This document shows positions 44,740 to 55,477 of a DNA stretch of 64,000 nt, piece by piece. The stretch spans positions 11,230 to 75,229 of the forward strand of contig JAZTWK010000055.1 in the NCBI GenBank assembly GCA_045635865.1. Reading direction: 5' to 3'. The notes beneath the pieces were generated by a model. That model saw only the letters and a list, made by a program, of their open reading frames with translations, searched no databases and was not told the DNA's origin. The stretch is from Victivallaceae bacterium. Its GTDB lineage: Bacteria; Verrucomicrobiota; Lentisphaeria; Victivallales; Victivallaceae. The stretch's first letter is position 1, and each line of letters starts with the position of its first letter. A program made the translations under genes and the position numbers.

Positions 44740-45450
44740 TTGCGAATCGGCGAGGCTCTGCCCGCAGTCGACCGGAAGGATCGCCCCGGTGATCGACTCG
44801 TTTTCCACCAAAAAGCCGATCGCGGCGCAGAGATCGGGGATCTCCACCTTGCGGCGCAGCGGCAAGGTCGGCAACGTGCGGCGCATTTGGGAACTTTCCC
44901 ACCCGGCGGGCGGGAGCATCGGCCCGGGAGCGACGGCGTTGAAGCGCAAATTTTTCACCCCGTACTCGCGGGCGAAGCGGAGCGTTTCCGCCGCCAACAG
45001 TTTGCGCGACTTGGAGTAGGCGCCCCGGGGGAAGCCGGGGGTGAAAATTTCCTGATCGAGGATATTGACGACGCACCCGACGGCGATTTCCTGCGCGGCA
45101 AAGCGGCGCATCAGTTGCCGCGGGGCGTAAAAGTTGACCTGCATCGTTTCGGCGTCGGCGGCGACCCCGTCCGCCGGAGTGTGAAAGTAGAGCGAAGCGT
45201 TGTTGACGAGGATATCGACTTGCCCGCAGAAATCGAAAAGTTGGTCGGCGCCCTCCGGCTCGGCGAAATCGGCGGCAAAAACCCGGTGACCCGCCCCCGG
45301 CAAAGCAGCGAGCAACGCCTCCGCTTCGCGCCGATGATCGCGGCAATGCACCACCACGTGCGCCCCTTTTTGGGCGGCGTAGCGGGCGATCTCGGCGCCC
45401 ACCCGGTGCGCGGCGCCGGTGACCAGCAAAGTTTTTCCGTTAAAATTCAT
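44704..45450 (-). CDS. SDR family oxidoreductase
   Basis: N-terminal TLLVTGAAHRVG glycine-rich motif and NNAS motif. 248 aa. The 3' end overlaps radC convergently by 36 nt. Confidence 0.8.
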   Translation of the reverse strand: MNFNGKTLLVTGAAHRVGAEIARYAAQKGAHVVVHCRDHRREAEALLAALPGAGHRVFAADFAEPEGADQLFDFCGQVDILVNNASLYFHTPADGVAADAETMQVNFYAPRQLMRRFAAQEIAVGCVVNILDQEIFTPGFPRGAYSKSRKLLAAETLRFAREYGVKNLRFNAVAPGPMLPPAGWESSQMRRTLPTLPLRRKVEIPDLCAAIGFLVENESITGAILPVDCGQSLADSQLLEEFVRDKAE

Positions 45451-45469
45451 TAAGTTTTTTCAAAGCAAC

Positions 45470-45498
45470 TTGAAAACCGATATTATACATACTATATT
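45470..45498 (+). promoter_or_regulatory. sigma-70-type promoter TTGAAA-N17-TATATT for the pseudopilin gene
   Basis: -35 at 45470-45475, 17-nt spacer, -10 at 45493-45498. A divergent minus-strand TTACAG-N17-TATAAT (45510-45482) may serve the SDR gene. Confidence 0.5.
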
Positions 45499-45531
45499 TC
45501 CTCACTGTAACGAAATCAAGGAAAAAATGAG

Positions 45532-46083
45532 ATGAAAAAAATCCGCAGTTTCCGCTTCACTCTGATCGAAATTTTGGCGGTGATCGCCATTATCGGCATT
45601 TTGGGCGCGATCGGCTTCGGCACCTACTCTTACGCCAACACCGCCGCGCGGGAATCCGCCACCCGGGCGATCCTCACCCAACTCGCCGCCGGCTTGGAGC
45701 AGGTCAAAAACGAACTCGGCTACTACCCCCCCAGCGGCGGGAGCTGGGAAGTCGTCAAGCTGAAAGTCGACGACGGCAAATTGAAGGTCGCTTTCAAGGG
45801 CGGCACCCCGAAAGAGTGCCGCGTAAGCAAAATCCTTGCCAAGCGGCTGGATATGGGGCAACTCGAAAAACACCTCGACGGCGACGATCAGCTCTGCGAC
45901 GCGTGGGGCAACGCGATCTATTACTGCTCCCCCGGCAAGATCAATTCCGATTTCGACCTCGTTTCCGCGGGTGAAAACGGCAAGTTCGGCTCGTCCTCGT
46001 CGGATTCGCCGCAAAATGCGCGCGGCAGTTACGTGGATAAGACCGGCGAATGGGCGTGCGACGACCTCGCCAACTTCCAATGA
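45532..46083 (+). CDS. type II secretion GspG-like pseudopilin (prepilin-type N-terminal cleavage/methylation domain)
   Basis: RSFRFTLIEILAVIAIIGILGAI prepilin signal. C-terminal DAWGNAIYYCSPGKINSDFDLVSAGENGKFG matches the GspG signature region. Confidence 0.8.
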   Translation: MKKIRSFRFTLIEILAVIAIIGILGAIGFGTYSYANTAARESATRAILTQLAAGLEQVKNELGYYPPSGGSWEVVKLKVDDGKLKVAFKGGTPKECRVSKILAKRLDMGQLEKHLDGDDQLCDAWGNAIYYCSPGKINSDFDLVSAGENGKFGSSSSDSPQNARGSYVDKTGEWACDDLANFQ

Positions 46084-46112
46084 TCCAACCCCAACATAAA
46101 GGATAATTTGCT

Positions 46113-47285
46113 ATGCTCGGAACTGCTCTTACCCCCAGTGCCACCAAAGTTCTTTTCTGCGGCGCCGGCGAACTCGGCAAGGAAGTCGTGATCGCCATGC
46201 AGCGGCTCGGCGTGGAAGTCGTCGCCGTTGACCGCTATCCCAACGCCCCCGGCACCCAGGTCGCCCACCGCGGTTATTGCATCAACATGCTCGACGGCGA
46301 TCAGCTCCGCGAAGTGATCGAAAAGGAAAAACCTGATTTCATCGTGCCCGAAGTGGAAGCGATCGCCACCCCGACGCTCGTCCAGCTGGAAAAGGAAGGC
46401 TACACGGTTATCCCCACCGCCAACGCGGCGTTTTTGACCATGAACCGTGAAGGCATCCGCCGGCTGGCGGCGGAGACCCTCGGCTTGCCGACCAGTCCTT
46501 ATCGCTTCGCCGCCACCCGCGCCGAATTCGACGCGGCGATCGCGGAAATCGGCATACCCTGCGTGGTCAAGCCGATCATGAGTTCCTCGGGCCACGGTCA
46601 GAGCACGATCAAGACCCCCGCCGACATCGACAAGGCGTGGGAGATCGCCCAGAGCGGCGGTCGCGCCGGCGCCGGCAAGGTGATCGTCGAGGGCTTCATC
46701 GACTTCGACTATGAGATCACCCAACTTACCGTGCGCCACGTCGGCGGCACCTCGTTCTGCGAACCGATCGGCCACCACCAGGTCAACGGCGACTATCAGG
46801 AATCGTGGCAGCCGCAGCCGATGACGCCGCAGGCGAAGGCGCGCGCCCGCGAGATCGCCGAAAAGATCACCGGCGCGCTCGGCGGCCGGGGCATTTTCGG
46901 GGTCGAACTTTTCATCAAGGGCGACGAAGTCATTTTCAGCGAAGTCAGCCCCCGGCCGCACGATACCGGCATGGTGACGATGATCTCGCAGGACTTGTCG
47001 GAATTCGATCTGCACGCCCGGGCGATCCTCGGTCTGCCGATCCCGGAGATCGTTTTCCGCGGGCCGTCGGCTTCCAAAGCGATCGTGGTCGAGGGCAACT
47101 CGCGCGCGGTGAAGTTCGACGTCACCGAAGCGCTCCGCAAGCCGGAAACCGACGTGCGGCTTTTCGGCAAGCCGGAACTGGTCGGCCACCGGCGCTTGGG
47201 CGTCTGCCTCGCCCGCGGCAAGAGCATCGAGGAAGCCAAGGAAAAGGTCTTCTGGATGCGCGACCAAGTCAAGGTCGAACTCTAA
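46113..47285 (+). CDS. purT: formate-dependent phosphoribosylglycinamide formyltransferase
   Basis: [30 protein letters not shown]..., ATP-grasp body. 390 aa, PurT-typical. Confidence 0.9.
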   Translation: MLGTALTPSATKVLFCGAGELGKEVVIAMQRLGVEVVAVDRYPNAPGTQVAHRGYCINMLDGDQLREVIEKEKPDFIVPEVEAIATPTLVQLEKEGYTVIPTANAAFLTMNREGIRRLAAETLGLPTSPYRFAATRAEFDAAIAEIGIPCVVKPIMSSSGHGQSTIKTPADIDKAWEIAQSGGRAGAGKVIVEGFIDFDYEITQLTVRHVGGTSFCEPIGHHQVNGDYQESWQPQPMTPQAKARAREIAEKITGALGGRGIFGVELFIKGDEVIFSEVSPRPHDTGMVTMISQDLSEFDLHARAILGLPIPEIVFRGPSASKAIVVEGNSRAVKFDVTEALRKPETDVRLFGKPELVGHRRLGVCLARGKSIEEAKEKVFWMRDQVKVEL

Positions 47286-47292
47286 AAAAGAT

Positions 47293-47334
47293 AAAAAAAA
47301 CGCCCCGGTATCGCGCCGGGGCGAAATTTTTTTT
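47293..47334. terminator. bidirectional intrinsic terminator between purT and trpA
   Basis: A8 (47293-47300), 8-bp GC stem CGCCCCGG/CCGGGGCG (47301-47323), AAA, then T8 (47327-47334). It reads as hairpin + U-run on both strands. Confidence 0.65.
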
Positions 47335-47342
47335 GGTCGGTT

Positions 47343-48094
47343 TTACTTGAGCGCCGCTTTCAATTCGGCGACGAGCTGCCCCAGTTTGCCGCGGGGAGTT
47401 TTCACCGCCGCCGAGCCGACCACGATCGCATCGGCGTGAGGGGAGATCTCCCGCGCCGCCGCCGCGTCGGATATGCCGAAGCCCGCCGCGACCGGCACCG
47501 GGGAAATTTTCCGCAAGGCGTCGAGCCGGGAAACCAGTTCCGGCGGCAGGCTTTGCCGCACCCCGGTCACCCCCCGCGCGTTGATGCAGTAAACAAAACC
47601 CTGCGCGTCGCGCGTGATGAGCTTCGCCCGCTCCAAGTCGGTCGAGGGACCCACCAAGACGATCTGGGGAATGTCGTACTTTTGGCAGAAGGGAGCGATC
47701 TCTTCGCGCTCCTCAAAGGGCAAGTCGACGATCAGAATCCCGTCGATCTCCTGCTCCGCCAGTTGGGCAAAAAGTTTTTCCAAACCGTACTGCAAAAAGA
47801 CGTTGAAGTAGCCGAAGACCACCAGACCGAGTTCCGGGTGGCGCGCGCGCAAATCCGCCGCCATATCCAGTATTTTGCCGAGGGTCGCCCCATTGGCGAG
47901 CGCCTGCTGCGAAGCAACTTGGATCACCGCGCCGTCGGCGACCGGGTCGGAAAAGGGAATGCCGAGCTCGATGATGTCCGCGCCGCTGCTGGCGATCTCC
48001 TCGAGCCGCAACGCCGATTCCGCCAGATCCGGCGCGCCGCAACTGTCGAAAATGACCAGTGCCTTGCCGGAATTAAAGATTTTTTCCAAACGCT

Positions 48095-48098
<4 letters not shown>
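47343..48098 (-). CDS. trpA: tryptophan synthase alpha chain
   Basis: ..[13 protein letters not shown].. motif. Last gene of the trp operon. Confidence 0.9.
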
Positions 48099-49272
<1,174 letters not shown>

Positions 49273-49273
<1 letters not shown>

Positions 49274-49848
49274 TACTTTATCCTTTCCAGTTGTTTGAAC
49301 AACTTTTGCAATTTCGTTTTATCCTTGATCCCGGGGGAAACTTCCACCCCGCCGGCGAGATCGATGCCCGCCGGGCGGATCCGGTCAATGAGATCGGCGG
49401 CGTTATCCGGAGTGATGCCCCCGGCGAGCATGATCTCCCGCACCCGCGCCAATTCGGCGGCGCGGCGGTGATCGCCGAACTTGCCCGAACCGCCCTGCGG
49501 CGCGTCGCACACCAATCTCGCCGCCGGGAAAGTTGCCTCGTAAGTCGCCTTCCACACGGTGGCAAAGTCGATCCGCCGGGCAAATTCCGCACTTTCCGCG
49601 CCGTGGAGCTGGACGATCGCCAAATGCCCCAGATCGACGCACTTTCTAATAAAATCCAAGTCGGCGTCGACGAAAACGCCGACGGTCGGCACGCCCAAAT
49701 CGCGGGCGAGCGCCGGCAAATTTTTCGGCGCGGCAAAGCGCCGGGAGCGCGGAGTCAGGACGAAGCCGAGGTAGTCCGCCCCCAACTCCGCCGCGAGTTC
49801 CGCGTCGGCTCTCCGCGTGAGCCCGCAAATTTTCACTTCGACTTTCAC
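49273..49848 (-). CDS. trpF: phosphoribosylanthranilate isomerase
   Basis: [12 protein letters not shown]-terminus. 191 aa. Operon position between trpC and trpB. Confidence 0.85.
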
Positions 49849-50594
49849 GCCAAAAGCTCCCGCAATTTTTCCCCGGGGTGCGCCGCGCGCATGAGCGTTT
49901 CGCCGATGAGGAAGCCCCGCGCCCCGGCGGAGCGCAAGACGGCGAGATCGCCCGCCGTGCGGATCGCGCTTTCGGCGATCGGGAAGCGCTCCGGCGGGAT
50001 GAGCGCCAGCAACGACTCCACCCGGTGCAAGTCGGTGGAAAAGTCGCGCAGATTCCGGGCGTTGACCCCGATGAGCGTCACCGGCGAATCGAGCAGCCGG
50101 GCGACTTCATTTTCGTCGTGCGCCTCGCCCAAAATATCCAAGTCCAAGCTCCGGGCGTAGTCGGCAAGCTGGATCAACTCATTTTGCGGCAACAGTGCGG
50201 CAATAAGAAGTATGGCGGAAGCCCCCGCGTGGCGCGCTTCCAGTATCTGATAACGGTCAAAGATGAAATCCTTGCAGAGCGTCGGAATTTTCACCGCCGC
50301 CGAAACGTCGCGCAAATACTCCACCTTGCCGAGGAAATAGTTGGGCTCGGTCAGCACCGAGATCGCCGCCGCGCCGGCGCTTTCGAGCTCCAGCGCCAGT
50401 TCCACCGGGGCGAAATTTTCCCGGATGAGCCCCTGGGAGGGCGACGCCTTTTTCACCTCGGCGATCACCCCCGGAAAGGCGGCGCGAAACTCCGGCTTCG
50501 CCGGGAAATCGGCTTCCGCCAAGGGTCGGGCGGTGCGCCGCGCTTCGACCAGCGGGCGCAGTTGCGAAACGATTTTTTGCAGAATGTCGCTCAT
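49845..50594 (-). CDS. trpC: indole-3-glycerol phosphate synthase
   Basis: ..VIAEVKKASPS.. and ..IGVNARNL.. motifs. 249 aa. Confidence 0.9.
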   Translation of the reverse strand: MSDILQKIVSQLRPLVEARRTARPLAEADFPAKPEFRAAFPGVIAEVKKASPSQGLIRENFAPVELALELESAGAAAISVLTEPNYFLGKVEYLRDVSAAVKIPTLCKDFIFDRYQILEARHAGASAILLIAALLPQNELIQLADYARSLDLDILGEAHDENEVARLLDSPVTLIGVNARNLRDFSTDLHRVESLLALIPPERFPIAESAIRTAGDLAVLRSAGARGFLIGETLMRAAHPGEKLRELLA

Positions 50595-51601
50595 TTATTG
50601 CTCCCGGCAACGAGGGCCTCCAGTTTTTGCTGTGCCGCGCCGGAGTCGATCGAATCCGCCGCTTTGGCGACCCCGGCGGAGAAATCCGCCGCCAGACCGG
50701 CGACGTAGATCGCCGCCCCGGCATTGAGCAGGACGATCGCCCGCGCCGCGCCGCGATTTTTGCCGCTCAAGACGCCGCGCAAAATCTGCGCGTTGACTTT
50801 GGCGTCGCCGCCGGAAATTTCGGCGAGCGTGAAGCGTTCGCCCAAAATCAGTTCCGGGAAAAACTCGTAAGTGCGGATGATCCCCTCTTCCAACTCGGCG
50901 ACGCGGGTCGAAGCCGAACAGCTGATCTCATCCAATCCGTCGGAGCCCGCCACCACCATGGCGCGGCGCACCCCCAAGTCGCGCAAAGTCTCGGCAAAGA
51001 GTTCGCACAGTTTGGGGTCGTAGACCCCGAGCACCATGCCGGACGCCCCGGCGGGGTTGCAAAGCGGCCCCAGCAGATTGAAAATGGTGCGGAACCCCAG
51101 TTCCCGGCGCAACGGGGCGACCTTGCCCATTATCGGGTGCATGGTGGGCGCAAAGAGGAAGCCGATGCCGGCTTCGACGATCAGTCGCTCCATAACTTGC
51201 GGCGAAGCGAGGAGATTCACCCCCAGTTCCGCCAACACGTCGGCGGCGCCGCACTTGCCGGAGACCGCCCGGTTGCCGTGTTTGGCGACCACCGCGCCCG
51301 CGCCCGCCGCCACCAGCGCGCTGGTGGTCGAAACGTTAAAGGAGATCCCGCCGTCGCCGCCGGTGCCGACGATGTCGATGCAGTTGATCACGCCGCAATC
51401 GACTTGGCGGCAGTGCCGCCGGAGCAAGCGCGCCATGCCGAGCAGTTCGCTCTTGCTCTCGCCTTTGAGCCGGAGCGCGGTGAGCGCCGCCCCCGCTTGA
51501 CTTGCGGGAATTTTCCCGGAAGCGAGATTTTCCAATAGCTCGCTGGCTTCGCGCTCGGATAAGTCGATGCCGGCGAGGAGTTTATTCAAAAGTTCCTTCA
51601 T
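50591..51601 (-). CDS. trpD: anthranilate phosphoribosyltransferase
   Basis: ..DIVGTGGDG.. and ..KHGNRAVS.. motifs. 336 aa. Confidence 0.9.
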   Translation of the reverse strand: MKELLNKLLAGIDLSEREASELLENLASGKIPASQAGAALTALRLKGESKSELLGMARLLRRHCRQVDCGVINCIDIVGTGGDGGISFNVSTTSALVAAGAGAVVAKHGNRAVSGKCGAADVLAELGVNLLASPQVMERLIVEAGIGFLFAPTMHPIMGKVAPLRRELGFRTIFNLLGPLCNPAGASGMVLGVYDPKLCELFAETLRDLGVRRAMVVAGSDGLDEISCSASTRVAELEEGIIRTYEFFPELILGERFTLAEISGGDAKVNAQILRGVLSGKNRGAARAIVLLNAGAAIYVAGLAADFSAGVAKAADSIDSGAAQQKLEALVAGSNK

Positions 51602-52182
51602 TTTTTCCGCCCCCGCGCCAAGCCGAGGAAGTTGCTCAACTGCCGCTTGCCGGTGGCGCTCAAAATGGATTCGGGGTGATACTGGATGCCCTCGATGGGA
51701 AGTTCGCGGTGGCGCACGCCCATAACTTCGCCGTCGTCGCTCTTGCAGGTGATCTCCAATTCCGGCGGCAGGGTGTCGGCATCCAGCACCAGCGAGTGAT
51801 AGCGCACCGCCGTAAAGGGTTCGGTGAGCCCGGCAAAGAGCCCCTTGCCGTCGTGGGTGATCGTCGAAATTTTGCCGTGCATGATGTGCTGGGCGGAAAC
51901 GACTTTGGCGCCGAAGTAAGCGCCGATGCCCTGATGCCCCAGACAGACGCCGAGGGTCGGGATGCGCCGCCGCGCCGCGCCGCCGATGAGGTCGAGCAAA
52001 ATGCCCGCCTTTTCCGGCCGCCCCGGCCCGGGCGAAAGCACGATCGCCTCGGGGTGGAGCGCCAAGACCGCGTCAACGGTCACTTCGTCGTTGCGCTTGA
52101 CGACGATATCCGGGCACTCGGTGTAGAGTATATGCACGAGATTGTAGGTAAAAGAATCGTAGTTGTCGAGTACGAAGATCAT
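51598..52182 (-). CDS. trpG: anthranilate synthase component II (glutamine amidotransferase)
   Basis: ..LGVCLGHQ.. nucleophile elbow and ..IQYHPES... 194 aa. Confidence 0.9.
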   Translation of the reverse strand: MIFVLDNYDSFTYNLVHILYTECPDIVVKRNDEVTVDAVLALHPEAIVLSPGPGRPEKAGILLDLIGGAARRRIPTLGVCLGHQGIGAYFGAKVVSAQHIMHGKISTITHDGKGLFAGLTEPFTAVRYHSLVLDADTLPPELEITCKSDDGEVMGVRHRELPIEGIQYHPESILSATGKRQLSNFLGLARGRKK

Positions 52183-52184
52183 TT

Positions 52185-53651
52185 TCAGTTTTCCTTTATG
52201 CTCAAGTTGTTGCCCGCGAGCTTCACCGCTTCAAAGAGCGCGGCTGCCTTGTTCAGAGTTTCCTCGTATTCCTTTTCGGGTACGGAATCGAAAACGATCC
52301 CCGCGCCCGCCTGCACCGAAAGCGTATCGCCCTTGATCTCCAGCGTGCGGATGGTGATGGCGAGATCGAGGTTGCCGGTGTAACTCAAGTAGCCGACCGC
52401 GCCGCCGTAAGCGCCGCGCGGGGCGGGTTCGAGTTCGTGGATTATTTCCATGGCGCGGACCTTGGGCGCGCCGGAAAGAGTCCCGGCGGGGAAGGTCGAG
52501 CGCACCAGATCGAGCGCGTCGGCGCCCGACGCCAGTTCCGCCTCGACGTCGCTCACGAGGTGCATCACGTGGCTGTAGCGCTCGAGTTGCATGAAGCGCT
52601 TGACCTGCACACTGCCGGGTTTGGCGACGCGCCCCAAGTCGTTGCGCCCCAAGTCGACCAGCATCAGGTGCTCGGCGCGCTCCTTGGGATCGGCGAGCAG
52701 CTCGTCGGCGAGTTCCCGGTCGCGCGCGAGGGTCGCTCCCCGGCGGCGGGTGCCGGCGATCGGCCGGAGCGACGAAACGCCGTTTTCGAGTTTGACCATG
52801 GTCTCCGGGCTGGAGCCGATCAAAATGTGGTCGCCGTTTTTAAGGAAAAAGGTGTAGGGCGAGGGGTTGATGAGCCGCAACGCCCGGTAAAGCTGCAATG
52901 GCGGCGCGACCAGCGGCGCGGAAAATCTTTGCGACAGAACGACTTGGATGATCTCGCCCGCCACGATCTGCGCCTTGGCGCGATCGACCATGGCGCAAAA
53001 CTCCTCGCGGGTCAGGTTGCCGACGAAGCGCGGCGTGGACTCGGTAACTTCGGGGATCGCCGGCGGCGCTTCGCGCAGTTTGGCTTCGAGCGCATCGAGT
53101 TTCTGCTGGGCGTCGCGATAAGCACTGCGCAGATCGGCAAAGTCGTCGGTGTGGACGCAGATCAGCAACTTCACCGTGTGGCGCACGTTGTCGAAAATGA
53201 TCATCTGATCGACCAGCAAAAAGGCGGCTTCGGGGGTGGCGAGCGGCGATTTGGGATCGGGGAGCTTCTCAAATTCGTTGACGCTTTCGTAGCTCAAAAA
53301 GCCGATCGCCCCGCCGAAAAGCGGCGGCACGCCCGGCACTTCCACCGCGCGGATATCGGCAAACTGCTGGCGGAGCGCGGCGACGCCCTCGCCCACCTGA
53401 CGCTTGCCGGCGGCGTCGGTCACATACGCAATTTTATTTTCGACGGTGAAAACCGCCGTCGCCCCCACGCCGAGAAAGGAGTAGCGGCCGAAGCGCTCCC
53501 CGCCCTCGACGGATTCGAGCAAAAAGACCCGTTCGTCGTTGACGAAGCGGCTCAACACCGACACCGGGGTTTCCAGATCGGCGAGCCGTTCCCGATAGAC
53601 CGGCACCAGATTGCCCTTTTGGGCGTACTCGCAAAATGCTTTAAAATCCAT
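52185..53651 (-). CDS. trpE: anthranilate synthase component I
   Basis: ..LLESVEGG.., ..GAYGGAVGY.. chorismate-binding signatures. The ATG at 53651 is preceded by GGAGGAAAAA. Confidence 0.9.
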   Translation of the reverse strand: MDFKAFCEYAQKGNLVPVYRERLADLETPVSVLSRFVNDERVFLLESVEGGERFGRYSFLGVGATAVFTVENKIAYVTDAAGKRQVGEGVAALRQQFADIRAVEVPGVPPLFGGAIGFLSYESVNEFEKLPDPKSPLATPEAAFLLVDQMIIFDNVRHTVKLLICVHTDDFADLRSAYRDAQQKLDALEAKLREAPPAIPEVTESTPRFVGNLTREEFCAMVDRAKAQIVAGEIIQVVLSQRFSAPLVAPPLQLYRALRLINPSPYTFFLKNGDHILIGSSPETMVKLENGVSSLRPIAGTRRRGATLARDRELADELLADPKERAEHLMLVDLGRNDLGRVAKPGSVQVKRFMQLERYSHVMHLVSDVEAELASGADALDLVRSTFPAGTLSGAPKVRAMEIIHELEPAPRGAYGGAVGYLSYTGNLDLAITIRTLEIKGDTLSVQAGAGIVFDSVPEKEYEETLNKAAALFEAVKLAGNNLSIKEN

Positions 53652-53682
53652 TTTTTCCTCCTATATTTAGGTTTATTTCACG

Positions 53683-53715
53683 AAAAAACCGCACCCCGGA
53701 AGTCCCGGAGCGCGG
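53683..53715 (-). terminator. second terminator-like hairpin in the trp leader
   Basis: Minus strand reads CCGCGCTCCGG-GACTT-CCGGGGTGCGG (11 bp including 2 G.U) followed directly by U6. It lies 31 nt upstream of the trpE ATG. Confidence 0.5.
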
Positions 53716-53724
53716 CAGTTGCAC

Positions 53725-53762
53725 AAAAAAAGCGGATAAAACCTGTTTTGAGTTTCATCCGC
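53725..53762 (-). terminator. trp attenuator terminator (3:4 hairpin)
   Basis: Minus strand reads GCGGATGAAAC-TCAAAACAG-GTTTTATCCGC (11 bp including 1 G.U) followed directly by U7. Its 5' arm shares GCGG with the alternative 2:3 pairing. Confidence 0.6.
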
Positions 53763-53810
53763 CGGTAATTCTACTTTTTGTCGGTGCAAAAACTTACCTG
53801 ACCCCGGCGG

Positions 53811-53867
53811 TTAGCCCCGCCAGCGCCAAGCGCAGGAAAAAACAGTTTGTACCGAAAAATTTTTCAT
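53811..53867 (-). CDS. trpL: candidate trp operon leader peptide, 18 aa: MKNFSVQTVFSCAWRWRG
   Basis: Small ORF on the trp-operon strand between guaA and trpE, below the ORF-track length cut-off. It has two Trp codons (TGG CGC TGG) 3-5 codons before the TAA. The Trp codons and stop overlap segment 1 of the mutually exclusive hairpins. Confidence 0.6.
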   Translation of the reverse strand: MKNFSVQTVFSCAWRWRG

Positions 53868-53875
53868 AATGCCTT

Positions 53876-53904
53876 AATATATCGCGCTTTTTCCGGCAAT
53901 GCAA
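53876..53904 (-). promoter_or_regulatory. sigma-70-type promoter TTGCAT-N17-TATATT (minus strand) for the trp leader/operon
   Basis: Minus strand reads TTGCAT (53904-53899), 17-nt spacer, TATATT (53881-53876). Only 8 nt separate the -10 from the leader ATG at 53867. Confidence 0.5.
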
Positions 53905-53926
53905 ATAAAATTTTCAAAAATTTTTT

Positions 53927-55477
53927 TCATTCCCACTCGATGGTGGCGGGCGGCTTGCTGGTGATGTCGAGCACCACCCGGTTGACCCCCGGCACCTCGT
54001 TGGTGATCCGGCGCGAGATCTTTTCCAGTATCGCCCGGGGCAGGTCCACCCAGTCGGCGGTCATCCCGTCGGAACTTTCCACGATCCGCAACGCGATGCA
54101 GTAGGAATAACTGCGTTCGTCGCCCTGCACCCCGACGCTCCGCACCGGCAAAAATACCGCAAACGACTGCCAGATGCGGTGATAGAGCCCCGCCGATTTG
54201 ATCTCTTCGCCGACGATCGCGTCGGCGTTGCGCAAAATTTCCAAGGTTTCCGGAGTGACCGCGCCGAGGTGGCGCACCGCCAGCCCCGGCCCGGGGAAGG
54301 GTTGGCGCATCACCACGTCTTCGGGCAGACCCAGTTCGCGCCCCAACTGGCGCACCTCGTCTTTAAAGAGGTGCGAAAGCGGCTCCAAGAGCTTGAACTT
54401 CAAGTCTTTGGGCAAGCCGCCCACGTTGTGGTGGCTTTTGATGAGCGCCGCCGGGTTGCCGGCGATCGAAACGCTCTCGATGACGTCGGGATAGGTCGTA
54501 CCCTGCGCCAGAAACTCCGCCGTGCCGATCGCCCGGGCGGCGTCGGAAAAGACGGCGATGAACTCCCCGCCGATGATCTTGCGCTTGGTTTCCGGGTCGG
54601 CGACTCCCGCGAGGCGGTCGAGGAAGCGTTTCGAAGCGTCGATGCAGGTAAGTTCCATATCAAAATTGTTGCCGAAAAGCTCCTGCACGCGCTGTACTTC
54701 ATTTTTGCGGAGCAACCCGTTATCGACGAAAATGCAGTGCAGCTGCCGCCCGATCGCCCGGGATATGAGCGCCGCCGCCACGCTGGAATCCACCCCGCCG
54801 GAAAGGCCGAGGATCACCGTGGCGCTCCCCACCTTTTCCCGAATGTCCCGCACCGCGCGCTCGACAAAGGAACTCATCGTCCAACTGCCGGAGCAGTGGC
54901 AGATGTGCAAGCAGAAATTGGCGATGATCTCGCTCCCCCGCGGGGTGTGCACCACCTCGGGGTGGAACTGGATGCCGTAAATTTCCCGGTCGGTGAGTTT
55001 GACGGCGCAATAGGGGGTGTTGTCGGAAGCGCCCAAAACTTCGACGCCGCCGGGGGGCAGTGCCGCCACCCGGTCGCCGTGGCTCATCCAGACGTCCAAC
55101 TCGTCGGGCAGTCCGGCAAAGAGCGCCGAGGGCTGGGCAAGTTTGAGCGTCGCCTTGCCGTATTCGCGCGCCGCGCCGCGCTCGATCCTGCCGCCCAAGG
55201 TATGAATGGTGAGCTGCAAGCCGTAGCAGATGCCCAAAACCGGGATGCCGAGGTCGAAAATTTCCGGGTCGCACTGGGGCGCGCCGGGGGCGTAAACGCT
55301 CGCCGGGCCGCCGGAAAGGATGATGCCGCGCGGGGCAAGCTCCCGCAACTTTTCCGCGGTGGTGTTGCAGGGCAGGATGCGGCTGTAAACGCGGCACTCG
55401 CGCACCCGCCGGGCGATAAGCTGACTGTATTGACTGCCGAAGTCCAGTACGACGATCGATTCTTCGGGTAATTCCAT
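53927..55477 (-). CDS. guaA: GMP synthase (glutamine-hydrolysing)
   Basis: [27 protein letters not shown] start, ..[10 protein letters not shown].. PP-loop, C-terminal ..KPPATIEWE. The ATG at 55477 is preferred over the extended track ORF. Confidence 0.95.
   Translation of the reverse strand: MELPEESIVVLDFGSQYSQLIARRVRECRVYSRILPCNTTAEKLRELAPRGIILSGGPASVYAPGAPQCDPEIFDLGIPVLGICYGLQLTIHTLGGRIERGAAREYGKATLKLAQPSALFAGLPDELDVWMSHGDRVAALPPGGVEVLGASDNTPYCAVKLTDREIYGIQFHPEVVHTPRGSEIIANFCLHICHCSGSWTMSSFVERAVRDIREKVGSATVILGLSGGVDSSVAAALISRAIGRQLHCIFVDNGLLRKNEVQRVQELFGNNFDMELTCIDASKRFLDRLAGVADPETKRKIIGGEFIAVFSDAARAIGTAEFLAQGTTYPDVIESVSIAGNPAALIKSHHNVGGLPKDLKFKLLEPLSHLFKDEVRQLGRELGLPEDVVMRQPFPGPGLAVRHLGAVTPETLEILRNADAIVGEEIKSAGLYHRIWQSFAVFLPVRSVGVQGDERSYSYCIALRIVESSDGMTADWVDLPRAILEKISRRITNEVPGVNRVVLDITSKPPATIEWE

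Noticed and set aside
53652-53926. Considered a T-box riboswitch or TRAP (G/UAG repeat) control for the trp leader
   Set aside because: There is no specifier-loop/T-box consensus and no series of 9-11 spaced GAG/UAG triplets. The Trp-codon leader ORF with alternative hairpins explains the region better.
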